DNA of 64,000 nucleotides from an uncultured delta proteobacterium (GTDB taxonomy: Bacteria; Myxococcota_A; Polyangia; Polyangiales; Polyangiaceae): contig CAWJCS010000006.1 of assembly GCA_963841435.1 (NCBI GenBank), positions 480,001 to 544,000 on the forward strand, read 5' to 3'. The notes under the pieces are model-generated. The model saw only the letters and a program-made list of their open reading frames with translations, had not been told where the DNA came from and did not search any database. Each line of letters starts with the position of its first letter. Position 1 is the first letter of the stretch. Positions 40,305 to 52,800 of this stretch are shown piece after piece. A program made the position numbers and the translations under genes.

Positions 40305-41573
40305 ATGGCACGCGCCACGGCCGCCGCGCCGCCGAACGTCCTGCCAGCGCCGCCTTTCCGGCTGCGCTTCGTGCTCGCGTTCGCCCTCGCTGCGGTTACG
40401 GTCGCCTGGCTCTACCCGCGTGTCGTCGCCGCGTGGCGCCTCAACGGGCTCGCGGCGGCCCTCGCGGACTACGGCGCCTGCATGGTGGGGCCCACGGGTC
40501 CGGCGCTCCTGCGGGGGCGTCAGGTCGACGCGTTCGCCGAGCTCGTGCGACGCCGTCTCGTCACGGCACCCGCCGGCGAGGCGCCGTTCGCGCGCTGTGC
40601 CCCGTTCGCCGGAACGCTCACGGGCTCGAACGAGGCGGAACGCGTCCACCGCGCCGCGGCGTTCGAGTTCGCCGAGTACGGCGGCAACCCCGCGCCCAGC
40701 CACCGGCTCTCGGAGCTCGCGGTCTCGCCCGGCTCGGTCGCCGACCAGGCACGGCGCGCCTGGCCCATCATCCGCGGCTACTCGACGCTCGTGAAGCCGT
40801 CGCTCGGCGCCCACGAGGCACAGCACCCCGTGGCACCGCCGAAACCGGCGACCGGTCGCGGGCTCCCGAACGCCCGCGCGTACTATCGGACGGTGCGCGT
40901 CGACGAGGGCGCCATCGTGCTCGCCTTCGGGGCGGGTGCCAATCTCCAGGTCCTGAAGAGCACCGACGGCGGCACGCGCTTCGTGCAGGAGCCGACCTCG
41001 ATCGCCGCCGACTTCGCCGAGCGCTGTCCCATGGGGCAAAACGGTCAATACTTCGCGCTCCAGGGGGATCGGCTGGGAACGATGGCGGTCTCGATGCAGA
41101 GCGGCGCGCTGCCGCGTCCGGCGCGGCTCGCCGGGCCGAACGAGGAGCTCGTCGCCGTGGCCTGCGACGAGCGGGTTCTCGTGGCGGCGGCGCGCGCCGA
41201 GGGGCAGACGCGCGCCGTGCTCAGGCGCTGCGTTTTCCGGGGGGACTGCGCCCCGATGCCCGAGCCGAACCTCGGCCGGCCCGAGCTCGGGCTCGACTTC
41301 CCACTCGATCTCGCGCGGGTCTCCGGGACGACCGTGATGGCGCTCACGATGGGTGACATCGTGCGCGTGGTGTCGGCGCGTGACGGTGGAGGCTGGACGC
41401 CGCCGACCGTGGCGTACGACGGCGAGCTCTACCCGCTGCGACCGCTCGAGCGGCCGTCGCGTCTTTTGACCATTGGCCGTCGCGTGCTTTTGCACGGCGT
41501 CGCGTCGCGCTCGAAGAACGTGTACGGGCTCTTGTACTCCGACAATCAGGGCGCGAGCTTCCGCGGGCTCTAG
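40305..41573 (+). CDS. Hypothetical membrane-anchored exported protein
   Basis: N-terminal TM helix, several Cys residues, BNR/Asp-box-like motifs (KSTDGGTRF, YSDNQGASF). Confidence 0.75.
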   Translation: MARATAAAPPNVLPAPPFRLRFVLAFALAAVTVAWLYPRVVAAWRLNGLAAALADYGACMVGPTGPALLRGRQVDAFAELVRRRLVTAPAGEAPFARCAPFAGTLTGSNEAERVHRAAAFEFAEYGGNPAPSHRLSELAVSPGSVADQARRAWPIIRGYSTLVKPSLGAHEAQHPVAPPKPATGRGLPNARAYYRTVRVDEGAIVLAFGAGANLQVLKSTDGGTRFVQEPTSIAADFAERCPMGQNGQYFALQGDRLGTMAVSMQSGALPRPARLAGPNEELVAVACDERVLVAAARAEGQTRAVLRRCVFRGDCAPMPEPNLGRPELGLDFPLDLARVSGTTVMALTMGDIVRVVSARDGGGWTPPTVAYDGELYPLRPLERPSRLLTIGRRVLLHGVASRSKNVYGLLYSDNQGASFRGL

Positions 41574-41616
41574 CCGGCGGCGAGGTCAACGCCGTTCGCT
41601 TCGCGCCTCCGGGGCG

Positions 41617-41634
41617 CGTGTCCCGTGGGACACG
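41617..41634. promoter_or_regulatory. Inverted repeat upstream of the alpha-2-macroglobulin gene
   Basis: CGTGTCCC-GT-GGGACACG (8-bp arms) in the intergenic gap; could be an operator or a hairpin. Confidence 0.3.
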
Positions 41635-41755
41635 AAAGCGGGCACGGAGGCGACGGGTCGGGAGCCCCCGGGCGGCAGGTCGGGCCGAAAGCCGGCGACT
41701 TTGGCGGATTGCTCCCCGGGCACGGTCGTTGCTGACTCGGGCGTGGAGGCTTTCC

Positions 41756-44700
41756 TTGACCATTCTGCATCACCGGGGGCTCCGGCGGCCCCTGCTCGTG
41801 GCTCTCGTCGTGTCTCTCGCCGGAGCTTGCATGCAAGCGCAGAGGCCGGGCGACGTCGGCGCCGACGCCGTGCTCGGTCCGCGCGGCGAGCTCGCAGGAG
41901 CCGGCGACGAGGGGCCGTTTCGCGTCGTGTTCGCGGCGCCGCGCGGCGCCGCGAGCGACACGAGCGCGATCCACGTCGTCTTCAGTCGTTCGCTGCGCAC
42001 GCTCGGTGCCGAGGGCCAGCCTCCGCCCCGCATCGAGCTCTCGCCGCAGCTTCCGGGCCACTGGATGTGGATCGGAGGGCGCGCGCTCGGCTTCGAGCTC
42101 GACGAGGGGGCCACGTTGCCGGGTGCCACGGCGTTTCGCGTCGTGGTTCCCGCCGCAACGCGCGCGCTCGACGGCGCGACGCTCGGAGCGCCCTACGCGT
42201 TCGACTTCGAGACGCCACGGCCCTCCGTCGCGCGACACGCGCCCGACGGTGAGGGTGCGCTGCCGAGCGCCTCGCTCGAGCTTTTCATGACCCAGGCCGT
42301 CGAGCCCGCCGTGCTCGAACGTTCGCTCGAGCTCGTCGCGCTCGGTCACGGCCGCGAGCTCGCGTTGAAGTATCGGGTGGAGCGTCCCGAGCCGAGCCTG
42401 CCCAAGCGGCTGCGCGTGGTGTTCGACCACGCGCTGCCGCTCGACAGCACGATTCGCGCCACCGTGAAGAAGGGCCTGCGTGGAACGGAGGGTTCGCTGC
42501 CGACACTCGAAGATCAGTCGGTCGCCTTCAAAACCTACGGCCCGCTTCGCGTCTCCGACGCGGTCTGCAACGCGGACCGTGCGCACGCTTGCCGGCCCGG
42601 CAGCTCCCCGTCGCTCACGTTCTCGAATGACGTGACGTGGCGCGCGCTCAAGGCGGCGCTCAGCGTGAGCCCGCCGCTGCCGCTGCGCTTCGAGTCGTGG
42701 CAAGAAGACGCGGAGACGACGCGCTGGCTCTCGATCCCGGCGAGCTTTCCGGCGGGCAAGAGCGTCACGGTGCGCCTCGCCGCCGACCTCCGGGATCGCT
42801 TCGGCCAAGCGCTCGGGCAGCCCTACGCGCGCACGTTCCGCTACGGTGACTACGATCCACTGCTGGCGGTCGGGCTCGAAGGCGAAAATCTCGAGCCCGC
42901 GAGCAAGCTCGTCGTGCCCGTCGGGTCGGTCAATCTCTCGCGCTACGACATCGTGCGGGCGGGCGTCGGGCCGGCCGAGGTCCTGCGCCTCATCGAGGCG
43001 GGGCAAAAGCAACGCGGCCTTTCCACGCTCCTCGCGCTGCCCGGGGTACGGCGCGAGCCCGTTTCGCTCACCGTCGAGCGAAACGGCGTCATGGCGCGCG
43101 ACATCGAGCTCGGCGACCTTCTGCCGGGCGGGCGCGGCGCGTTCGCGCTTGCGGCACTTTCGCCGGATCCGCGCGTGGGTCAGCGAGAGCCGTCACTCGC
43201 GAAGGTGAGCGACCTCGGCATCACGGCGAAGCTCGGCGACGAAGGCTCGGTGGTGTGGGTGACGCGCCTGTCGAGCACGGCGCCCGTACCGAACGCCGAC
43301 GTCGAGATCTGGCGCAGCGGCAACCGCGTCGCGCGCTACAAGACCGACACCGACGGCATCGCGCGCGTCCCCGGGGGCGAGCTGACCCTGCTCCGTGATC
43401 GCTACGATTATCGTGAGAGCGCGATCGTGGTGGCGCGCTCCGGCTCCGATTGGACCTTCGAGTCGATCGCGAATCACCTGCCGGCGTGGCGCTTGCCGGT
43501 TTCGACGGATCTCTCCGCGAAAGCCCGGCGTTATGGGATGATTTTTACCGAGCGCGGGGTCTATCGGCCGGGCGACAACGTGTCGGTCAAGGGCATCGTG
43601 CGCGAGGAGGCGCGCACCGGCAACGCCATCCCCGCGCAGGCACCCTTCGAGGTGGCGCTTCGCTCACCGAACGGCGACGTGCTCGAGACCCGGCGCGTCA
43701 CGACGAGCCGCTACGGTACCTTTGCGCTCCAGTACCGCGTTCCGCCGAGCGGCGGTCTCGGCAACTACGAGGTGACGGCAGGGGCGCCCGCGCACGACCC
43801 GGGCGACGGGCCCGAGCTTTCGGGCTCGTTCGAGGTCGCCGAGTACCGGCCCGCGGAGTTCGAGGTCGGCGTGCGACCTCGAGCGGCCACGTACGTCTCG
43901 GGTGAGCGTGCCCGCTTCGAGCTCGCCGGAGACTACCTCTACGGTGCGCCGATGGCGGGCGCGAAGGTGCGCTACGTCTTCAGCCGCTCGGAAACGCAAT
44001 ATCCCGTTCCCGGCCTGGAAGACTTCGCGACCGACGCCGACGAGCTTTACGCCGACGAGCCGTACTCGCCGCTCGCGGCCGGCGAGCTCGGCCACGGGGA
44101 AGGGGAGCTCGATGCCACGGGCCGGCTCGTCGTCGAGCGCGATCTTTCGCTGCCCGAGCAGCGGGGTCCGGTGAGCGTGCTCGCGAGCGTCGAGGTGACC
44201 GACGCGAGCCAGCAGACAATCGGCGGGTCGGCGAGCGTGCTCGTGCACCCGGCGCGCTTCTACCTCGGGCTCGAGCGGCCCAAAGACTGGTTCTTCGACG
44301 CGCCGGGCGCCTTCGAAGCGCGGGTCCTCGCGGCCAAGCCGGACGGCACGCGGCTCTCGGGACAGCGCGTCGAGCTCGAGCTCGTGTCGCGGCGCTGGAC
44401 GCTCGCCCGCGAGGCCGTCCAGGGCGAAAACGCCCACGCCGTCTCCCGGCCCGTCGACAACGTCGTTTCGCGCTGCAGCGTCGTGACGGCGGCAGAGCCG
44501 AAAGGCTGCCGGCTCGCGGCGCCGCGCGGCGGCTACTACCTCGTGGTCGCGCGCGCGACCGACGACAAGCGCCGCCGCATCACCGCGGCGCTCGGCGTGT
44601 ACGGCATCGGAGGCGGAGCCGCCAGCTGGGCGGACGGCGATCGCGCGACGCTCGAGCTCGTCCCCAATCGACGAAAGTACGCGGTCGGCGACCGCGCCCG

Positions 44701-47414
44701 GATTCTCGTCAAATCGCCGTTCCCCGAGGCCGAAGCGCTCGTGACGATCGAGCGCCGCGGCGTCTACCGCGCCGAGCGCCACCGGCTCGTGGGGCCGACG
44801 CCCACGCTCGAGATCCCCATCACGGCCGACCTCCGCCCCAACGCGTACGTGGCCGTGCAGCTGTTGCGCGCGCGGCACGGCTCGCGGCCCGAGGCGCGCG
44901 TGGGGCCGAGCTATCGTGTCGGCTACGCCAATCTCGTCGTTGCGCCCGAGCTCCGGCGTCTCGAAGTCGCCGTCAAGCCGAGCGCGTCGCAGACGACGCC
45001 GGGCGCCGAGCTCTCGGTCAACCTCGCCGTCACCGACGCCGGGGGCAAGGCGCTGCCCGCCGAGCTCACGGTGTTCGCGGTGGACGAGGGCGTGCTGTCG
45101 CTCACGGGTTACCGGACGCCGGACCCGCTGCCGATCTTCACCGCTTCGCGCCCGCTCGGCGTGACGACGCTCGAGACGCGCGATGCGCTCGCCAAGCTCG
45201 GTCTCGGCGGGCTCGAAGGCATGCTCGGCATCGACAAGGGCGGCGACGGAGGCGGTGGCGGCGAGCTCGGAGCGCGCTCCGACTTCCGTCAGACCGCGTT
45301 CTTCGAGCCGAGCGTCGTGACCGACGCCAAGGGTCACGCACACGTCCACTTCAAGCTGCCGGAGAATCTCACGACCTATCGCGTCATGGCGACGGCCGTC
45401 AGCGACGACAATCGCTACGGCTACGGCGCCGCCCGCGTCACGGCGAGCAAGCGGCTCATGGCACGCCCGGCCCTGCCGCGCTTCGTGCGCGCCGGCGACC
45501 GTATCGAGGCCGGCGTGGTCGTCGCGAGCAAGGGCTTCGACCCGCACCGCGTGCGCGTGAGCGTCGAGGCGCGTGGGCTCGTGCTCGAGGGTGCCTCGAG
45601 CCGAGACGTCGAGCTTCGCGCCGACCAGGCGCGCGAGGTGACCTTCACGTTTCGAGCGGAGCGTGTCGGCAAGGCGAGCCTCGCGTTCCAGGTGAGCGGT
45701 GGCGGAGAAAAGGACGCGGTACGCGTCGAACGCAACGTGCTCGTGCCCGCTGCGCTCGAGACGGTCGCCGTCTACGGCAGCGTCAACGACCGGGCCGAGG
45801 AGCGGCTCGGCGCGCTCTCGAGCGTGCGCGACAACGTCGGCGGTCTCAACGTCTCGCTCGCGTCGTCGGTGCTCTCGGGGCTCTCCTTCGAGCTCTCCAA
45901 TCTTTTCGACTACCCCTACGCGTGCACCGAGCAGCTCGCGAGCCGGCTGCTCTCGCTCGTGCCCCTCGGCAATCTCGCGCGCGCGCTCGGCAAGGCGCGG
46001 CCCACGGGCGAGGCTCAACTCGTCGAACCGGAGCGTCGGCGAAATCCTGGCCCGGCAGCGCCCCGACGGGGGCTTCGGGATGTGGCCGGGCGCGGCCGAG
46101 AGCTCGCGCTGGGTCACGCCCTACGCGCTCTGGGTGCTTTCCGAGTCCGCGCGCCTCGGCGTGCGCGTCCCCAAGGCGCCGCTCGAACGAGCCCGCGCGT
46201 ACGTGCACGACGGCCTCGCGCGCCTCGTCGAGCAGGATCCCGCGACGGCCGCGTTCTCGCTCGACGTGCTCGCGATGCTCGGCGCGCCGGACGCGGGCTA
46301 CACGAGCCGGCTCCTCGAACGAGAGCGCGAGCTGCCCGTCTTCGCGCGCGGGCTACTCTTGCACTCGCTCGGCGTCGGCAAGCTGCCGGGCGCAAAAGGC
46401 CTGCTCGCGAGCGTCGAATCGGCGATCGCGCTCGTGGGGAACACGGCGCGCGTAGCGGAGAATCTCGGCAATCGCTACGCCGAGCTCATGGATTCACCCG
46501 CGCGCACCCAGGCCATCGTGCTCCGGGCCATCCTCGCGACGCGCCCCGAGCACGCGCTCGTTATGCCGCTCACGCGGGGTCTGCTCGCCGCGCGCGGCGC
46601 GACGGGTTACCGCTCGACGCAGGAGGCCGCGTTCGCGCTCGTGGCGCTCGATGCGTACCGGCGGGCGCGCGAGGCGGCGATGCCGCGCTTCGACGCGACC
46701 GTCCTGTTCGGCGACCGGCGCCTCGTGTCGCTCGCGGCGCGGGGCCCCGGCGTGCCCGCCGCGAGCGGCTCGGTGTCCCTCGCCGTGCTGCTCGCGAGCC
46801 CCGAGCGGACGCTCCGGTTCGAGAAGCACGGCACGGGCACGCTGAGCTACGAGGCGCGCCTCAGCTACGCTCCGCGCGACCTCCCCGCGGCGCCGCTGGA
46901 CCGGGGATTTTTCGTGAGCAAGGTGCAACGTCGTGTGCCGCCCGCAGCGCTCGGGACGCTCGAAAAGAGCGTGCCCCGGCGCGGCGATGCCGCCTTCGCG
47001 CGCTCGGACCTCGTCGTCACCGACCTCTTGGTCGTCGTGCCCCAGGTGCGCGAGTACGTCGTCATCGACGATCCGTTGCCCGCGGGCCTCGAGGCCATCG
47101 ATCCGTCGCTCGCCACGAACGTCGTGGGCTTGCCCGAGTCAAACGCCCCCACAGCGTGCACCGACTGCGACGAGGCCGACGAAGACGAAACCGCGCACCA
47201 GCGCGCCTACCGTGCGGCGCCGTACCGCACGGAGCTTCGCGACGATCGCACGCTGTTCTTCGTCAACCACATGCCGCCGGGCGTTTACCACTACCGCCAT
47301 CTTGCACGGGCCACGACGGGCGGGCGCTTCGTCGTGCCGCCCACGCGCGTTTCGGCGATGTACGAGCCCGAGGTGTATGGGCGTACGGCCGGGGCCGTCG
47401 TGGAGGTGCGCTGA
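41756..47414 (+). CDS. Bacterial alpha-2-macroglobulin lipoprotein; apparent +1 frameshift near 46028
   Basis: GGAGG RBS plus TTG 41756, signal ending LAGA-C; FTERGVYRPGD, AVDEGVLSL, RSDFRQTAFF, LPENLTTYR; thioester YPYACTEQ (45923-45934); QRPDGGFGMW; AMYEPEVYGR. Removing one base gives 1885 aa. Confidence 0.94.
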
Positions 47415-49838
47415 TGCGCGCCACGCGCTGGGTGTTCGGGCGGGTCGTGCCGGGCGGCGCGGCGCTCGGCACGGGCCTTCGGCGTGCGGCCGTCGTGGGG
47501 CTCGCCGTGCTTCTCTCGCTCGCGCTCGCGCTCGTCGTCGCGGTGGCAAGAAAGCCGCTTCCCGCGGCTCTTTCCGCGCGCGGCGACGTGAGCCTCCGCA
47601 TCACCGACCGCGGCGGTCGGCTGCTCTACGAGGCGCGCACGCGTGACGGCCGGCTCGCGGGGCGCGTGCGGCTTTCCGAGCTCTCACCCTGGGTGGTGCC
47701 GGCGCTGGTCGCTGCCGAAGATCGTCGCTTCTATGCGCACCCGGGGGTCAATCCGCTCTCGATGCTGCGCGCGTTCGCTCAGCTCGTCGCCGAGCGGCGC
47801 CTCGTGTCGGGCGCGAGCACCCTGACGCAGCAGCTAGCGCGCGCGGTCGAGCCGCATCCACGAAACGCGCTCGGCAAGCTGTCGGAGATCGTCACGGCAC
47901 TCAGAATCGAGCGGGAGCTCGACAAGCGGGCCATCGTCGAGGAGTACCTCGGTCGCGTCGAGTTCGGTCCGGGCGTGCTCGGTATCGAAGCGGCGAGCCG
48001 CCGCTACTTCGACAAGCCGTCGAGCGCGCTCGACCTCTCGGAGGCCGCGACGCTCGTCGCGCTGCCGCGCGGTCCGACCTACTACGACCCGTCGCGCCGC
48101 CCCGCTCGACTCGACGAGCGCCGCCGCCGCATCCTCGGCAAAATGCGCGATTTCGGCCTTGCCGACGCTCGCGCCGTCGAGCGCGCCCTCCTTTTGCCCA
48201 TCACGCTTTCGCCTGCCGAGCGGGGCCTCGGGCCGAGCCAGATCGTGCTCTCCGTGGCGCGCGCGGCGCGCGGCGAGCTCTCCGCCCAGGGTCCCGTCGA
48301 GCGCATCGAGACGACGCTCGACCGGGGGTTACAAGAAGAGGCCGTTGCGCTCGCGCGGCGTGCAGTCAATCGCGCGAGCGACCACGCCGTCGGCGCCGCC
48401 GCGGTGCTCGTCGTCAACAATGCGAGCTCGGACGTGCTCGCGTACGTCGGCTCTCCCGATTTCTTCGACAGCGAGGCGCTTGGACAGAACGACGGCGTGC
48501 GAGCGCTCCGCCAAGCCGGCTCGACGCTCAAGCCTTTCCTGTACGCCCTGGCGCTCGAACGCCGCACGATCACCGCGGCGTCGCTCCTGCCCGATCTGCC
48601 GCTCGCGCTCGCCACGGACAAGGGCACGTTTTCTCCCGAAAACTACGACCGTCGTGCGCATGGCCCCGTCCGCGCCCGCGAAGCGCTGGCGAGCTCCTTC
48701 AACCTTCCGGCCGTCGCGCTGACGAACCGTCTCGGTGTGGAGCGCTCACTCGACGCGCTCCGGCGCATGGGGTTCTCGTCGCTCGTTCGCCCTGCCGCCG
48801 ACTACGGCGCGGCCCTCGCGCTCGGTGACGGCGAGATCCGGCTCGTGGAGCTTGCGCGCGCCTACGCCATGCTCGCGCGAGGCGGCGTGCTCGTGCCCGA
48901 GCGGGTCGTCACCGCGACGGTGGGGCCCGGCGGGCTGCGCCGCGCGCTGCCGCGGTCCGAGGGTGAGCGCGTGCTCGATGCCCGCGTCGCCGCGATCGTC
49001 ACCGACGTGCTGTCCGATCCCCTCCGCCCGGGCGCCGGGCTTTGGGCGCGGAAGCGCGCTCGAGCTGCCGTTTCCCGTGGCTGTCAAGACGGGAACCTCC
49101 AAGGGTTATCGTGACAACTGGACCGTCGGCTACACGCGCGAGGTCACGGTCGCCGTGTGGGTCGGCAACTTCGACGGCGCGCCGATGGTGAGATCCTCGG
49201 GGGTCACGGGCGCCGGCCCCTTGTTTCACGACGTCATGCTGGCAGCGATGCGGGGTCGCGTCCCGGGGCCGCTCGTCGACCTGGATGGGCTCGTGTCCGT
49301 CGAGGTGTGCGCGCTGAGCGGTGAGCGACCCGGCCCGGCGTGCGATCACCGCGAGCAGGAGCTGTTCGTGGCCGGCACCGAGCCGCACGAGCGCTGCTCG
49401 CTGCACGAGCGCGTGTGGGTCGACTCACGCGACGGCGGCCGCTCGGCGCCCGGTTGCCCGGACGCCGAGGAGCGCACGTTCGAGCGTTACCCGTCGGAGT
49501 ATGCGGCTTGGGCCGAGCGCACCGGGCGACCCCTCGCGCCACGCGCGTCGTCGCCGCGCTGTTCTCGCGTCTCGGGCCCTCGGGAGCCCGCTTCGGTCAG
49601 CATCGTGTACCCGCACGCCGGCACGAGCTTCCGGCTCGATCCGGCGCTAAAACGGCAGGAGATCGTGCTCGAAGCGCGCGCGCCGGCCACGGCGCGCGTG
49701 CGCTACGTGCTCGACGGGCGTCCGCTCGCCACGGTGGACGCGCCGTTCCGGCTGGTCTGGGCCCTCGAGCCCGGGGTGCACCGGCTCGAAGCCGAAAGTG
49801 CCGGCGCGACGGCGAGCGCCGGATTCAGCGTGGAGTGA
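47414..49838 (+). CDS. pbpC: Penicillin-binding protein 1C; apparent +1 frameshift at 49019-49022
   Basis: AEDRRFY, SGASTLTQQLA, GSTLKPF, SFN, AVKTGTS and a C-terminal BiPBP_C-like domain; follows A2M. Removing one C gives 807 aa. Confidence 0.94.
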
Positions 49839-49848
49839 GCTCGGGGCG

Positions 49849-52800
49849 CTAGCCCGAAACGCCGGCGCGGGCGCGCGCCTCGGCATACTGCTCGCTCACC
49901 GTGAAGATCATGAGGTCGCGCGCCTCGGCGTTGCGCGCGATCCAGCGTAGGCGATCGGGGCCATCGGCGGGCAGCTCGACGTTCGCGGCGAGGGACAGCG
50001 CCCGGAGCGCCGTGAGCGGGCTGCCCACGGCGACGAGCGCGGTGCGATTCGCCCATTGATTGAGCGCGGTCGCGAGCTGGCTCGAGCGACTGCCCATGCT
50101 GCCCACGACCTCGAGGGCGAGCATCGCGACGTCGGGCGGGAAGGGCCCTTGCACGGCGGACTTGATGCGCTTCTGCGCGTCGCCGAGCCGCTTCGGGTCG
50201 ATGCCCTCGGGCGTGTAGGAAGCGAGCGTCGAGAGGTACGCGGCGACGACGGGACCGAGATCGGTCGGCACGGTGCGCGCGAGCGTCGCCGCACGCACCT
50301 GCACGAGCTTCAGCGCGCGGACGAGCAAGAAGTAGCGTGTCGAGTCGTCGCCCTTCTCGAGCAGGCTCGCACCGCACACGATTTGCGGGGGCACCGAGCG
50401 CGCCGCGAGGCAGGTGGCGCCGAGCACCGGCGACACGAGCACTTCGATGTTGTGCACGCCAAACGCGGGTCCGAGGTCGGCGATCTGGCTACCGAGTGCG
50501 GCCGCCTCGACCGGCAGCGGCGCCGCGCGCAGCGTGCGCGGATCGAGCGAGTAGGCCGCGTCGAGGATCTCACCCGTCTGCCGCAAGAGCGCCCGCAGCG
50601 CCGGGCTCGCGAGCTCGGGTGCCAGAAGGTCGTCGAGCTCGGGTGCCGCTGCGCCTGCCGAGGCGCCGTGCACGGGGAACGGCTGCCCAGCGAGCGCCGA
50701 AAGCGTCGCGTCCGCGACGAGCGCGGCGTCGGGCGCGCCCCTCGAAATCCGCCACCGTCCCGAGCACTTCGAACTGGTTGGGCTCGAAACGGCCCGTGCC
50801 GAGCGCGCGCCGCGCGTCCGTCGCCGCGCGATCGAGGAGCAACTGAGCGGCCCGCTGTTCCCCGCCACGCCGGTGATACTCGACGAGCGCACGCAGCACG
50901 GTGACGTCCTGTGGCCACTCCTTGCGCGCCCGCTCGAACGTGGTGTCCGCCAGCTTCTTGTCGCGTGCGATCTGTTCGTAGACGAAGCCGAGCGCGAGCG
51001 TCCGATCCCGCTTGTCTTGAGGCGTCGTGGCGCGCGCCAGGAGCCCCTGCGTGAGCTCGATCGCTCGTTCGGGTTGATTCAGCTTCGCGGTGACGCGCAC
51101 GAGCTGTTCGACGGCGGCCGCGTCGTCGGGCTCGCGCTTGAGCACCTCCTGGTAGGCGAGGTCGGCGCGCTCGGGATTCGGCAGGTGCGTGTCGTAGAGC
51201 TCGCCGAGCTTTCGGTAGATCTGCGCCTGGCGCGTGGGCTCGGGCGTGTGGCGCACCAGACGAATCAGCGCCTGCTCGGCCGCGGACCAGTCGCCCTCGG
51301 CACTCGAGAGCTCCGCCAGCGCCTCGAGCGCACCGGAGTGCTCCGGGTTCGCGTCGAGCGCGGCGGTGAGCGCGGCCTTGGCCGCCGTGTGCTCACCCAC
51401 GCCGGCAAGCAGACGCCCCCGTTGCACCTCGAGCGCGACGCGCTCCTCGGTGTCGGCCGCGAGCTCGATGCGCCGCTCGAGCAAGCTCGCGAGCGCCTGG
51501 CGGTCGCCCTGCTGGATCAGGAGCTGCTGCAGGCGCGTGATGGCATCCTCGTGCCCCGGATCGAGCTCGATGACGCGCTCGAGTGCAGCACGGCCGCGTT
51601 CGAGGTCCTCGACCCTGTCGAGCCAGAGCGTCGCGGCCTGGTGCCACGCCCCGACGCGATGCGCGCTGATCGAGCTCGACTCGGCGGTGAGCTCGGCCGC
51701 GCGCGCCGCGCCCGCGTAGTCGCGCAGGCCCTCGAGCACCTCGGAGAGGGTCGTGAGACCGACGAGATGGTCGGGGACTCGCTCGAGGCACGCGTCGAGC
51801 AGGGCCTTGGCTTCCTCGAGGCGACCGAGCCTCGTGGCGGCTTCGGCTGCGCGGAGTGCGAGCGTCGCCTGGTCGAGGGCGAGCTCCTCGATCTCGAGCA
51901 GCTTCTGGTAGAGGGCGAGCGCGCGGTCGGGCTCGTCGCTGGCGCGCGCGTGGGCCGCGAGTGCGCGCAGCGCCCACAGCGAGGACGCGTCGCGACTCAA
52001 CGCGAGCTCGGCGAGCTCGCGGCGCCCCGCCCAGTCACCCGCCTTGAGCCGCAGGCGCCCGGCCATGCGGGCGTGGGCGATGCCCTCCGCTTCGGGCAGC
52101 GCCCGCGCGAGAGCCGCTGTGACGGGCTCGAGATCCTCGTCGCTCCCGGCGCTGCCGTAGGCCCGGACGAGCTGGCGCAGGGCGGGCAGGTAGCTCGGGC
52201 TGTGCTCGAGAATCGCGCTCTGCCAGAGCGTCACGCTGGCGCTGTCGCCGCGCTCGCGGTCGAGCTCGCTGAGTTGCTCGTAGAGCTCACGCTCCGTCAC
52301 GGGGTCGCTCGCGCTGCGCGCGCGCTCGAGGAGGCTCGCCGAGACGCGCGAGGCCTCCGCGGTACCGGCCGCGGTGCGCGTGGCCGTCAGCGCCGCGAGG
52401 GCGCCGCCCGATTCCGCGGCGATCCGCGCGGTGCGCGCCGCTGCCTCCCGATCGCCGGCGCGCTCGTACTCGAAGGCGGCCTGCAAAAGAAGCAGCGAGC
52501 GCGTCGGCTCGGTCGCGTGCGTTGCCGCGGCTTCCCGCCACTCGCCGCGCTCGGAGCCCGAGCCCGCGGGGCTCATGCGCTCGCACAGCTCGCGTAGCCC
52601 GATGTCGCCCGGGTGCGTCGCGATCGCCGAAAGGAGCAGATCGGCGGCGGCGGACGGTGCCGAGTCCGCCGTCAAAAGAGCGTCTCGAACGGAGTCGAGC
52701 GCGCGCTCCACGTCGTCCGTCGTGACCTCGCGCCGCGCGCGCAACCACTTCACCAGACGCTCCACGTCACCGAGCGTGCGCGCGTGCTGCTCGCCGAGCC

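Noticed and set aside
47747-47752. PBP1C HPGVNP as another Asp-to-Asn case
   Set aside because: As I recall, Asn occurs naturally at this position in PBP1C proteins, so it is not counted. The same applies to RsmH AVN, FtsZ VNTD and MCP AVNT/QVN.
41618-49114. 2498-aa ORF suggesting an A2M-PBP1C fusion
   Set aside because: Artefact of the +1 base near 46028. The middle portion is off-frame Arg-rich nonsense, and A2M and pbpC are separate genes overlapping at TGATG 47412-47416.
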